Shown here piece after piece: positions 35,989 through 48,500 of a stretch of 64,000 nt of DNA. The stretch is taken from positions 9,176,001-9,240,000 of the forward strand of contig NC_088854.1 in NCBI RefSeq assembly GCF_963853765.1, read 5' to 3'. The notes beneath the pieces are model-generated. The model did not search any database. It was given only the letters and a program-made list of their open reading frames with translations, and was not told the DNA's origin. Within the stretch, counting starts at the first letter, position 1, and the number at the start of each line of letters is the position of its first letter. Source of the stretch: Magallana gigas. Taxonomy: Eukaryota. The position numbers were made by a program, and so were the translations under genes.

Positions 35989-38522
35989 ATGAGACTATCC
36001 TTAACCAGTTGTGTTGTATTAGTAATTCTTGGTGGAGCTATTGGGTTTCAATGCGACCAAAACGCAACGATATGCAGAACTTCTTTGGAAATCACCGAGA
36101 AACTAACCATGTTTCACGAAACTGAAAAAGCCGTCTACGCGAAAAATGGTTCTTTATATAGATATGACGTAACAGACATCAACCTTGCCAGACCCGTGAA
36201 CTCTGGTGAAGTTATCGCGGGAGATGGGTGGGAAAAGCAAAGAATGGTGGTTGTTGCCAATGGTACCTTACCAGGACCCCCTATCGTTGCCTACAAAGGT
36301 CAGGTTCTAGTAATTCACGTCAAGAACTCGCTCCCGTCTGATACCGTTTCTGTGCATTGGTACGGGATAGAGCAAAGAGGTACCCCTTATATGGACGGAG
36401 CAAGCTTCATCACCCAATGCCCCATCAATCCCGGCCAAACCTTCACGTACACATTCAGAGTTGATGAAAGTGGTACTTACTGGTACCATTCAAGCGCAGG
36501 CGCACAGAGAGGTAAGGGATTGTATGGGGCTTTGATAGTTCTGGATCGAGAGCCTCCGGCTAATTTAGATAAAGTCGATGGCGACTTTGTTCTACAGATA
36601 CAGGACTGGAATCATGATTACGATGCTGAACAAGGTTATATGCTTTCTAAAGACGGGGTTTATGAGAATAGGAGCCAAATCTTGACGACAAGATTGCCAA
36701 GAGGACGAAACAATTCTCTTTGGAACGCTCATTCGTCACTGATCAATGGAAACGGACGGTATTATGACCCTCAAACCGGGAAACACAACGAAGCACCTCT
36801 GCGGGATTTCAAGGTTCAGGAAGGAAAAAGCTACAGATTTCGCGTTATAAACGCAGCCTCTGTTTACTCATACAGAGTTTCAGTGGACGGGCACAATATA
36901 ACCATCATTGCCTCTGACGGCAAAATGGTCGTACCTGTCGAGGTAGAATCGTTTTGGGTTCATCCCGGAGAGAGATTCGACTTTTTATTAGAAGCCACTG
37001 CAAGAAGAGGAAAATACATGATTCGTGGAGTTGCAGAAGATGCCATCAACCCGATACCCGCCGAAGCTGTTTTGCATTACCTCGGAGCACGACCAGATGT
37101 TGATATAAACTCTGAAAGGTCTCAGTGTAACGAGACTGAGCCATGTACAGTGTTAAATTGTCCATTTCAATTTTATCTAAATAATCCAAAACTTCGATGT
37201 CTTGCCATTGAAGAATTAGTTTCTGATGTATCAAATGTAATTCCTGAGTACCAAGAAAGTCACTTCCAGGAGTTCTTTTTGAATTTTGCTATACCAGGGG
37301 CAGAAACCTATCCCGCCACCGTTAACAACGTCCAGTTTTTACAACCAACTGTTTCGGCCCTATCCCAGCCTAATGAAATCGTAAAACCCTGCTCTAAAAG
37401 TGGCTGTAAAGGGAACGAAACATGTACGTGTACAAATATCCTAGATGTGATTCATAACAACACCGTCCAATTCGTGTTCATGAACATGGGTAAGAGACAA
37501 ACATCGCACACTATCAGCATGCATGGACATTCCTTCTATGTTTTGAAAATGGGATTTGCTAATTATAACGAAACAACTGGCGAATATATTTCACAGAATG
37601 AAGATATAAAATGCGAAGGCAATGCTACCGAGGATGAAGCCTTTTGCAACAAGCCATCATGGACTAATCCCGAATGGCGCAACGGAAACGTCTCGGGTTT
37701 GAATCTTGTCGACCCCCCGCAGAAGGATACCGTTGTAGTCCCGTACGGTGGGTACGTTGTACTGCGTATCAAGGCCGACAACCCTGGGTTTTGGATGATA
37801 AAAAGTAATTCTCTCCCCGAATCACTGAACGGAATGGCCGTACTTATGAACGAATCTTTCTCGTATTTGCCAGATGTTCCTAAAAATTTCCCAACCTGCA
37901 GGAACTTTGAAGGCATAGATCCAGGTAAGAATGTACAAACTGTTTGACTGCTTTTTTAAATCGTGATTTGATTTTTGTAAAGTATAAGTTCAATTAATGA
38001 CCTGATTATTAATGTTGACAGATGTTCTTTGGACGACACCTGAACCTGTGACGACCACGCCCATACCTACAACAACCGAACCATCCAGTAAGTATATCAA
38101 CGCTCATTGTAAAAGAGTCAGCTGATCACATCCTTTTGTCATGTTGTAAATTTTGAATTTACTGAGACCCACCCAGTAAATTCAAAATTTACAACCTGGC
38201 ACATCGGGAAGTATTTGTTAGCGAAGTTTATTAAAGACAATATTAAATTAAAACGAAGTAATACTATTTCATTACCCTGAATTATACGAGAGTAGTACAC
38301 TTCGGAAGGTATTCTTTCCGCATAGTGATGGTTCCTTCTTAGAAGAGAGTAGGTAGGTATTATGTACATCATGCGTAGAATAAGGGTAAATATATATATT
38401 TTTTTATCTCCATAGCTTGCGTGACTTCCGGAGACTGCCATCGTCACACCTGGAATAACGACAACTGTCTACACAAGTGGGAGTGTATCAACGGAATCTG
38501 TCACTGCAATTCTAGTACATGA
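35989..38522 (+). CDS. laccase-like multicopper-oxidase homolog lacking most Cu ligands, with Thr/Pro stalk and C-terminal cvSI-2-type six-Cys module, 702 aa
   Basis: Exons 35989-37924, 38022-38087 and 38416-38522, phases 1 and 1, total 2109 nt. Signal peptide and three cupredoxin domains (NGTLPGPPI, TQCPINPG, YRFRVINA, DTVVVP.GG, ADNPG.W). Confidence 0.88.
38143..38195. repeat. perfect 22-bp-stem hairpin in the last intron of the MCO-like gene
   Basis: GTTGTAAATTTTGAATTTACTG-agacccacc-CAGTAAATTCAAAATTTACAAC. Confidence 0.9.
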
Positions 38523-39130
38523 GTCCTCACTGTTAAGTCGCCGTACTGTTACTGAATGCCGTATAAAGAGACTAGAAAGTGCCTTCTTTTTACCCTCATG
38601 TGTAATGCAATTGTAGCATTTTACAATCAACAGATTTGAACAATTATAAGATTAGGTTTTCGTTGTTTCTATTTCTAGAATTTATAATTATCACCGTGAC
38701 ATAAACAAATGCCGGATTTATACATTAAGTGAAACAATGTAGCATGTATACAGTAAAGATGACATTATCATATCAATTTGATTTATTTCTTATTCAAACT
38801 TGGTATATTCTCAATTATTGAATGATTGAAAAACTGAATGAAAATGTTAGGTCATCTCATGGTCCAGCTATTTTCCATGGCCTCTTTGTTCCATCTTATT
38901 TGAATGAGTTGTTTGAACCTTATTTCAACGTCAAAGTATTCAAGTTCAAAGATTTTGACAATCAAGTTCTATCTGTATACCATTATCTGTACAAGGAAGG
39001 AACCAAGAAGAATTTCTACATTTTGCTGACATCCAATAATAATGCTAATAAAATTAGAAAAAAAACTAGTTCAATTCACAAATGAATATTTATTTGCTCC
39101 ATGTTTAACGCCTTCCATGAAGTATACTTT

Positions 39131-39433
39131 TTATACTTTCTCCTGATACTCCCAGTCCGGATCCCCCGGGGGTCGGTATACTCTCTGTCCGTGGTCCCAG
39201 TCAGGGTCATTCGGGGGTCTGTATATTGACCTACTTTGTCGTGATCTGTCCTGTCGCTTCTGGGTGTGGATTTCTGTCCCATCAGGGGGAGGGAGGTACT
39301 GTTTTGTCTGTAAGCCATGGTGAGGGTGATAGCATGGAGGGTCATAGCAAATTATACCATCACGGGCGGGATAACCGAGGATTGTGGCGACCGTTAAAAC
39401 CAGAGCAGTCAATATGATGGAAGCTCTGCTCAT
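39131..39433 (-). CDS. small secreted prepropeptide-like protein with two YRPPxDPDW repeats, 100 aa
   Basis: Signal peptide MSRASIILTALVLTVATILG, then CYDPPC, a KR site and a 15-aa repeat. Coding-like GC content against an AT-rich background. TATA-like element near 39517-39530 on the minus strand. Confidence 0.75.
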   Translation of the reverse strand: MSRASIILTALVLTVATILGYPARDGIICYDPPCYHPHHGLQTKQYLPPPDGTEIHTQKRQDRSRQSRSIYRPPNDPDWDHGQRVYRPPGDPDWEYQEKV

Positions 39434-39790
39434 CTTATAGCCTGAAATATTTAAAATACGTACCGCTAAATCTCTCACAGCACTGGTCTCTACTCTCTAC
39501 ATTTCAACGTTGATACTATAGATATATAGCTATGATGCTTCGAATTCCTTTCCAACTGTCTGTCTCTGTCCTTTTTATGTCAGTACATATTGTATGTCCA
39601 ACTTGACTTTGAGAATCGATTTAGAGATTTTTATGGCAAAGTAAACAAGTTTAAATTTCATCAATTTTTTAAAATGTAAGTGTAAAGGTAAACCCTTCAC
39701 ATGATCAGTCCCGAGTTACAACTTATTTATACAACAATTTATATTCTCCCTCGTTTCACTTCTCCGAAAATAAAAAGAATTCGACCTTAT

Positions 39791-40152
39791 ATAAATAGAG
39801 CCTGTTTGGGAGGGTAACAGTTGAAATTGACACCCCGAGAAAACCATTGTCAACCGACGCGAAGCGGAGGTTGACAATGGTTTTCGAGGGGTGTCAATTT
39901 CAACTGTTATCCTCCCAAACAGGCACTATTTATTTTGTTATACTGAATGTCTTAATTTTTAAGAAAATTTTACTGCTTTTATATAGGAATAACGTGAATT
40001 CTACAGCGAACCGTACGCGCATAATTTTCGCGCATGTAACATTTTTTAATGTTACCCGTTGCTAAGTGCGTTGCTAACGCTGAGGGTAATAGAAAATATT
40101 ATTAACTGCGTCTTAACCAATCAGATTTCAGTATTTAACATGAAAGTATAAC
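39791..40152 (+). mobile_element. intact foldback element, family A
   Basis: ~63-bp arms (39791-39933) around the apex CGC-GAA-GCG, followed by a ~220-bp tail ending CCAATCAG...AAAGTATAA. Confidence 0.88.
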
Positions 40153-41992
40153 AATGTTTATTAATACATAACAACGAATTAGAGTAGTTTAGGTGCGTTC
40201 GATACAAGATCGCTTAAAAGGATGCCGACTTTAGTTTTTATTGCGCATGTTTTTGCACAGTTTAGTAAAATACAGCGTTTTTATACTTTAAATAAATTTT
40301 TAAGGGAAATTTCATATTTAAATAATATTTCCGTTGTACAGTCGCTATTGTGCTTTTATGACGTTATGATGAAATCATGCTCTGTATGAGTGTGTTATTA
40401 GAAATAACATGGAAGAAAAAGTAAAAATCGCACGACGTTGAAAATCTATACACAGAATAATGAAGACTTTTGCTTTTGTAGTTTTTCCGCAAATAAAACA
40501 AAATTGGCCTCCTTAATTACATTATATCATGTCACAAAACAAAATTTACATATCATAATCATATGCCAAATAAACAAACATATAAATTTTGCAGTACAGT
40601 GTATAGAGCGGGGGTATCAACTCCTAACAATCTTGTAACGAACGTCACAATGACCAACACGTGGAAAACTATTTATACTTCGCGCCAAGTCACTCGTACA
40701 TGACGAAACTACTAAGAATAGAATGAAATTATGTTATGTCATAAAATCAGAAACGTTTAGAAATTCATTTATACTGGATGAATTCGCCCATGTCATTTTA
40801 ACTTGATGGCATTTAAACAAAGTTTAGTTTAAACTAGCTACTTTAGCTCAATTTCCAATTTACCGTTGAAAAAAAGATGCATTTTATATTTACCCGTTTA
40901 AGGTAAAGTATAATTAGAGAAAATTAACACGTGTACAGTGATTGTTGTTGTCATGCTAACAACTAACCAGCTTTATACTGTTTAATTTTGCTGCAGAAGA
41001 TTTATATTGAAAATATAGCATATTGAAAATATAGCGTTACTTCGAACATTTCTAAATATTGTCATCATTTTTAAACGTGCAACGTATATTACGCACCTTT
41101 ATTAATAACTTACCTGCTATGGATCTTGCAACGGACTTATAGTTTTGTTGCAAGCAATCGCTTTTTATTCGAATTTGAGCTTATTGTCGAGAATTTAAGG
41201 GTCTTAAGCCATATGGTTTCATCCATTGCTAATAGTACTTGAATGTCAAATTGCATGTTACTAATAGAGAAACATGTTATCCAAAAGAAGGATTAATCAC
41301 TTCTTTTGAAGTTGTTTTATTGGAAACGCAAACACGCGGACGTTTTTTTTCCCAATTGGCAATTCATCTTTATGTCGATTTATTTCTAGCCATAACTACA
41401 TGAAAATGTTCATTTTAAAAAACAATGAGTTTTACACGTGTTGAAAAGACGGAAGTGAAGGGTGAATCCGTTTTCTATCCTCCTTATACGGCTAAAAACC
41501 GGAAATATCTTGTTTAAGTTTTAATGGTTAAAAACCTTATTACATGATACATGAATACAACTGTCAACTACATAATGTTATAGGTCCCTCATATTATAAG
41601 GGTTAAAATTCAAAATTAAGAAACTTAATTTATTCCCTTGCATTGATCAAGACATAAAATTGATTCTCATGCAATTTACTATTCCAAATATTGCTATCCT
41701 AGAACCTCACATAAATTGAAACATATAATAAGATATGGAGATACAAATACAATCTATTGTACAGATTTGAAAAATATGAACACTGACGCTGTGTAGTACT
41801 TAGTCTAAGATTTCGTGTAACATACACACAGAACTACCTCAATCTCACATCTACGAGTTTTCCAAAGCCAAGTGTTCCCAACAGTATCTACTACGAATGA
41901 AGTTAGGCTCATAATCGAAACTCATGCATAATTTATTTGCAATCACCCATTCTGATACTGCTCATTGTCAGTCACAAAAGTGGTTCATAATA

Positions 41993-44900
41993 TTATAAAC
42001 AACAGTCGCGGACTTTTTTGGACATGCTTTCACCAGGTCCTACTTTGATATTTTGTTCACTTTTCTCTTGTACGTTCCTCTGCAACAGCTGGGACCCTTA
42101 AATAAAAATGCTATCATAATTAATAAATCCATGATAAAGATGCATAAGGTGTGTTTGAAATTTCAAATTTAATAAACCTTACTTATTCCAATTCTAATGG
42201 ATACTATACCTAGTTCAAAGAATATTTCTTCAACATTGGTGCCCCTTTTCGCTGACGTTTCGGTAAATAGCATTTTATGCTTGTTTGCATACCCCTGGCC
42301 TTTCTATGAACAAAAATGGAAAAACTTAAATGTGTGAACTTATCATTTTAGTCCAACAAGAGGCCCACAGGCATTGATGGTCACCTGAATACCATAGCTT
42401 TTAGACTGACATATTAGAGAGACTCATATTAGTATTTTAAGCTTCATTTTGAAGTGTAAACCTGTAGACTTCTTTGAATGTTACCCAGCTTTTATTATTT
42501 TGGTGTTTCAAAAACATTCATTTATGAAAATGTAAAGGTTTAATAATAAGGGACATGCAAGCCTTTAATGGTCAACCTTTTATAATATTCATATTTCATT
42601 TACAATGCACATAAAACGCACACAGCTTTTTTTTTTTTACAAGTTTACAATGCAAAGGATATTAAAGTAAATTACCTAAAATAGAACACCTATTGAATTT
42701 AATATTGCCAAGTGACAATTTTCTATGTAGTTTTCAAAATACAAAGGGGTCACAAATTTCACACACAATTTTGGTAAAGGATTTTGTGGACATCAGAACA
42801 ATGCATTTAGTTTTTTCTCAAAAATATATGCATTGGAAGTATAGAAAATTTTCTCTAAGATTTAACACATTTTTACTACATGTATATAGCCATATTGGCC
42901 CCAGCCTAAGGTCTGAACCACTTACCCAAAGGACATATGAATTTCACAAATAAGGTAGAGGACTTTGTGGATATCATAACCATGCATTTCATTTTTCAAA
43001 AACATGTATGGAAGTAAAGAAGATTTTTTCTAAGATTTAATACATTTTAACTATATGTCTATATATTGGTCCCATCATAGGGCCTGAACCCCTGTCCAAG
43101 GGGTCATAAATTTCATAATTTAGGTAGAGGGCTTCATCGACATCATAACCATACATTTAGTTTTTTTCCCACATGTGTAAAAGCAGAGAACCCGCTTTTG
43201 GAAAATTTGCCCTTTTTTGCATATTTGGCCCCGCCCATGAGGCCCCAAGGGTGGTAAATCTATGAATTTCATAATTTAGATTCCTCTTCCAAAGAAATGC
43301 TTCACACCAAAAATGGTAACATTTGGCCTAGTAGTTTTCAAGACGAAGTTAATAATGTAAAATTGTTTCCTTTGTAAATCGAAATAACCCCATGTGGATC
43401 AATAAAAGCGGTTATGAAGCTTGTTTGTAATTTTTTATTCAAGTTATTTTAGTATTCGCCAATTTTTAATGGAAATGGAATTTCAAGTAAAGATAGTTGA
43501 AATAGTGACACTAATTAGAGCCCTTATTTTAGTTAAGCACTTGTGAATTTCATGAATTTCTGTTTTGACCATTATATAAATTAACCTTTTGACTTACAGA
43601 TAAATTAACCTTTTCACTTACAGATAGTTAAGGGGACTAGGGTGTGGCTGCCATTTTAGACAATATTGATCTCCTTTAAAAGAAGAGCTCCATATAAAGA
43701 TAATGAGCAGTGATGAAATTTTATATTAAAATAAATGAAAATTTTCTTTATCAAATAGTAGTTGATAGCTTCAGAAATCGCATTAAAAATTTTCAAATAA
43801 ATCTAATGGTTTTATATTATATTATATTTTGACCCCCAGCCTCCTTAAAGGTCACTACCCACTGTCACTCTTTACTTGAATTATGATTTAATATGATAAA
43901 GTGGATTAGAAAATATGACATAAACAAGGAGTATGCACAGGTATCTGCTTTGACCTTGACATTTGACTGAAACATTTACCTACAGGCACTATTTGGATAA
44001 ATTATGTGCCAAATGGTGTCAAAAGTAGATTAATATATGCTTAAGATAAGACATTAACACTGATCGGCTCTGTCTGAGACGCTTGGTTTAAGTAATAATT
44101 ACACCTTCTACCTAATCCATTCTTGGAAGAAGGGTGATATGCCCAAGACAAGGATTTTTATTCAGAGATGTGTTTTGGCCTGATCTATGACCTAAATCTT
44201 AGTCACTGGACACAGGAATTCTTTGGGTCATGAGCCAAATACAGAAAAAACCATATACCCCAAATACGGATTTTTCCAGAATATGTTTTTGACATAACTT
44301 CTATATAATGATATATGAAAATGATTGGTACACACCCATTACACAGATGCACTCGCTGGGTGAAGTATGGGCCAGATTGGGCCAAGTGAAAAGGAAATAT
44401 GTTCCACATAAGCAATATTGGACGTACTGGTCACCGCAGAGTTGTCACGGTTAATTTAAAGGGAAATATACATGCAAGACTCGTATTTACACGCAAGTTA
44501 TAGCTTTTCACAAACTCGTTGTTTCATGCAGATTCTTTCAACAAATAACCCCTAGAAATGATCAAGGGAGACTGGCATTCAAGTCATACTGCTATCAGGT
44601 AGTGAATTAACGACTCTGGACACTTACCCTAACTTCCACTTTTCTGTAGTCCTTTAGATCTGATTTGTTTCCTATAACAGCCACAGTAACTTCCGGTTCC
44701 GCTGTAAGGAGATCAGATTGCCAAGCTTGAAGGTTCAAAAACGATTCCTGCAAAATGTTACGGTATCCTAGAATATCACAACGATCAGTTTATTTGTTTC
44801 ATTTATATGATCGAATCCTTACAAAAAACATTGATGTATTGATTGATATACGTTGCCCTAAAACACCCCAACTTTTGGCATGAGTTATTTTGCCTACCAT

Positions 44901-45501
44901 TGATGTAATATCATACACTAAAAGTGCAATTTTTGCGTCTCTAAGAAACATAGGAACGAGGGATCTGAAGTTTTCCTGGCCAGCCGTGTCCCATATTTGA
45001 AAATACACCTTTCTGTCCTCGATTTCCAGGTGTTTCACAAAATAACCAGCTGCAAAACAATATTAAACTGCGTGAATTAAAGAGCAAAAATTTGGAAGGG
45101 GGTGAAACAGATTAAGAACATCGGAATGTTTTAGTTGATATAAAATGTAAGCTGCAGTGCGTGTGCATATAGCATCAAAGCGTCATAACAGGACGGCCTG
45201 AAGATAATTGTATTCTGGAAGGTACTTGAAACAGTTCAATGTGAACATGCATGATATAGTTTTTGTGCAAGAATGGCTAGTTACATGTATGACTTAACCT
45301 TGATCACAAACGTTTGAATAATAAGATGATCGAGGACATTTTAGCATTTTGCTGACACTAACCGCCAACTGAGCTGGCCGTGTTTTCGGAGAAAGAGTCT
45401 TGAGCAAATCTCTGTGCTATGGAAGTCTTGCCCACGCCGCTGTCTCCAATGATGACGACTTTTACACAGAACTTGTCATCTTGTAGCCCAGGGCGGCTCA
45501 T
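41993..45501 (-). CDS. Rab-family small GTPase A, 202 aa
   Basis: Exons 45501-45363, 45049-44898, 44747-44628, 42303-42210 and 42096-41993, phases 1,0,0,1. Motifs [25 protein letters not shown] and C-terminal CCL. Subfamily not assignable by eye. Confidence 0.93.
42355..43370 (-). mobile_element. HINE-type Helentron derivative carrying about 3 tandem ~165-bp satellite-like units
   Basis: AACAAGAGGCCCACAGG...GGTCACCTGA terminus. Repeated TTCTAAGATTTAA...ATATTGG(C/T)CCC...GAATTTCA...GGTAGAGG units at ~42750-43280. Confidence 0.75.
43628..43848. mobile_element. TTAA-flanked MITE
   Basis: TTAA-GGGGACTAGGGTG...GACCCCCAGCCTCC-TTAA; related to 19949-20118. Confidence 0.7.
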
Positions 45502-48500
45502 TGCCTCATCTCATTGAAGACGAAGATTGCTGGAAAAAACGACATTAATATAGAAAACTATTACACCACTCGTTTCAAATATCCTAAACATAATGGAAGC
45601 TGGATGGTCAACAAACTAACCACCAGGGCTGCCTTAATCTTTTAAATATGATATTTTTGGCCATAAACTATTATTTAGTAAAGGATAAATCTGAATATCT
45701 TAACTTAGAATTTGAACATTTTCCTATATTTTAATACAGAACTCTTTGTCTAAAAGAGGTCGATATAACCTAAAAATGGCCACGACCACCATGCCGCCTT
45801 ATAGAGGGCTATCTTGGCCTATAAGAGATATTGGCTCTTTGGGGGACAAAAAAATCGCCTAAATTTAAATTACCAAAACTTCAATAGTGAAAATATCAAA
45901 ACTACATTGGTTCAAATGCTACTCGTACCAAATTGAATCTTTTAAGACATTTATTTTTAAAAAAGTTTTGAATAAAATAGATCCAAGTCACACCATTTGT
46001 TATAGAAAGGCTTTGAAAGAATTCCAATTGTTGATCTGAGCTATTGATGGGGAAATGCCAGATCATTTAGTATATGATTCTTGGGGTTCGACAAAGAGAA
46101 GTCTTGTAATCTAATACAAGACGATTTGACCCAAACCCATTTTCAATCTAAATATATTATTGTGTTGGTTAATTTGGATGATGGTTTTGTGTTCTTACAA
46201 TCAACAGTACATGGAGTAGCATCTGTCTTATTCAAAGTTCCATCAAACATTCAATACATGTAAATTCATATATATGTATGTGTTTTATTAAACAAGTCGC
46301 GCTGTTTTCATGTTTGTCTGGCTTATAAATAATAGAAGCAAACAATGGGCACAAACTTAAAATCCATGCATGAAATCTCAGATTTTTTAATGTTCATTTA
46401 ATAATTGCTGCGCAATAATAAACAATTCTGTTTGTTGTGTTTTTTCACCTATTATTTTCGAATTATTTGTTCTCAGGTTATTTGGAGATATTATTAACTT
46501 CAGAGAAATCATAGACCAGGGAAAGAAATATTTTAAAGGGCTTTGTTCTTGCGATATTTTGATCGATGAACAATGAGAATTTTAATCTATAATATGTAAT
46601 ATATACAGCCATTATGCAAGCAGCATTTGCATTGTATGCATTAATAATATTCACATATTATAAATGTAAATTGTTATTAATTGGTTTGAACATATTTTAT
46701 TGTATATATAATATACAAAGGGTTCGAACGCAAGTTCTTGCAACTTACTAGTAATTAATTAGTAATTAATTAATTATTAACTATTAATGTGAAGAAAAGT
46801 TCACATTATTTTTTTTTTGCCAAAACGAATTCCAGTCAATGTAACTGATGTCTAACTGGAATTTGGGAAATGTTACAGACTTTGTACCACCAGAGATCTT
46901 TTACACTCAATTGATGAATTGTTTTTTTCTTAACTTTAAAAGAAGACAAAGCCCTTCACTACAATTATCTCACTATAAGTTTAAATAAGTGCACTGAGAT
47001 GGTTTCCCGTCTTTGCTGATATGCATTTGTGCATGCGAATTAGTTTCCAACCACTTAACACGTCGCACTGTTACGCGTATGAGTCATTTTGAGTTTTTAT
47101 TGCAGGCTAATTTTATTTATTGATCATTGCTCAATGGAGAGAAACAATTCAGCGGGAATCATCCATGCATTAAAATCAGTGCATGTCGGAAGCACACGGT
47201 TTCAACAAAATTAAGGGGGAGGGTGGACTTTGTTGAAGGAGGAGGAACTTCAATCCACTCTAAATACGAACCGTGGTCTTGAGAGTCGTGTAGATTTCGT
47301 TGACAAAAGATAACAACACAAGTGTAGGAATATAAATGCAACAAAATCGTCACTTCGTTTGAAAGTTTTTTTTTTCATTTAAACAGCAATGAACATGCCT
47401 AATACGTAAACTATACGACATGGTTGGTTGACGTCAAAATGGCATGATTCATGGTTTCAATTTTGATTGAACTTACAGTTCTTCTTATCATGATTATTGA
47501 TAGTGAAATAGTGTAGAAATCAAAGATCCTACTTTCATTTCTCACTTCAGTTTTAAGCACATAAATATATACATGTGTAATAGATACCATTTTCATTTTG
47601 ATAAACATAACATTTAGTCGAAGTGCAGACATAAAACGTGAAATTTCACTTCATCTTCATGTATCAAAATGTACAGTAAAATGTAAACAATATCTTATCA
47701 AAACGATTTGGTTTTTAAAACACCTACCTGTAACAGAAATAAACCAGAATACAGCCAGGTCACATATTAAAACCCGAGAATTTACGATCATCTAAAAGAA
47801 TTTAAATATCCATTCATGACTAGTTTTGGTCTTGATACAAGAAAAACCCAGACTGGGGAATCTTTCAAAATACACGGCGACCGAAGAAATAAAGTCCCTG
47901 TGTTTTTACTTCCTCCATCAGTCGGCGGCAGTTCTGAGTGTGCAAAGAGAGAAAGTGTTGTCTCTGCAGGCAGGTCTCAATAGGCTCACAATGTTATTTA
48001 CCAAAGGTGGTCACCTTCACCAAAATCAAAAACACTAGTAGGGCTGCACGGCTAGTATGCATGTTTGTCAACATTACAATTCTGGCACAAATAAAATAAA
48101 TAGTTTTAATTTTCTGATTATTTTAGTATCATTTCCATGCATGCATATTCTCAGAGAACCTCTAGAATATTTGTTTAGCAAACAGGAAAGGATTAATATC
48201 ACAACTAAAGAACCCACAACGTGAGGAAATGCAGCTCAAAACTTGTTGATACTGTATGGACGGATGCCAAATCTGAAGCAGTCTAATTTTCAATAGTTTC
48301 ATGATAATTCTGTTCGATGTGATATCTCTGGTTATAATATTTTGTATTCCTACTCACTTACTTTAAAGTCAGAATTTACTTGCAGTCTTACCTTCTCTAC
48401 TCATAACAAATCATACACTCTCGGAGATAGGCCAGCTCAATAAAAATCTGAATGGAGGTTTATTGGAATCCGACGGGCACCTGTTGAGGAGGTTTATCAA

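Noticed and set aside
41330-41500. ETS-like CGGAAGTG/CCGGAAAT motifs suggesting a promoter
   Set aside because: No downstream exon chain could be built; it lies in the probable Rab A 3' region.
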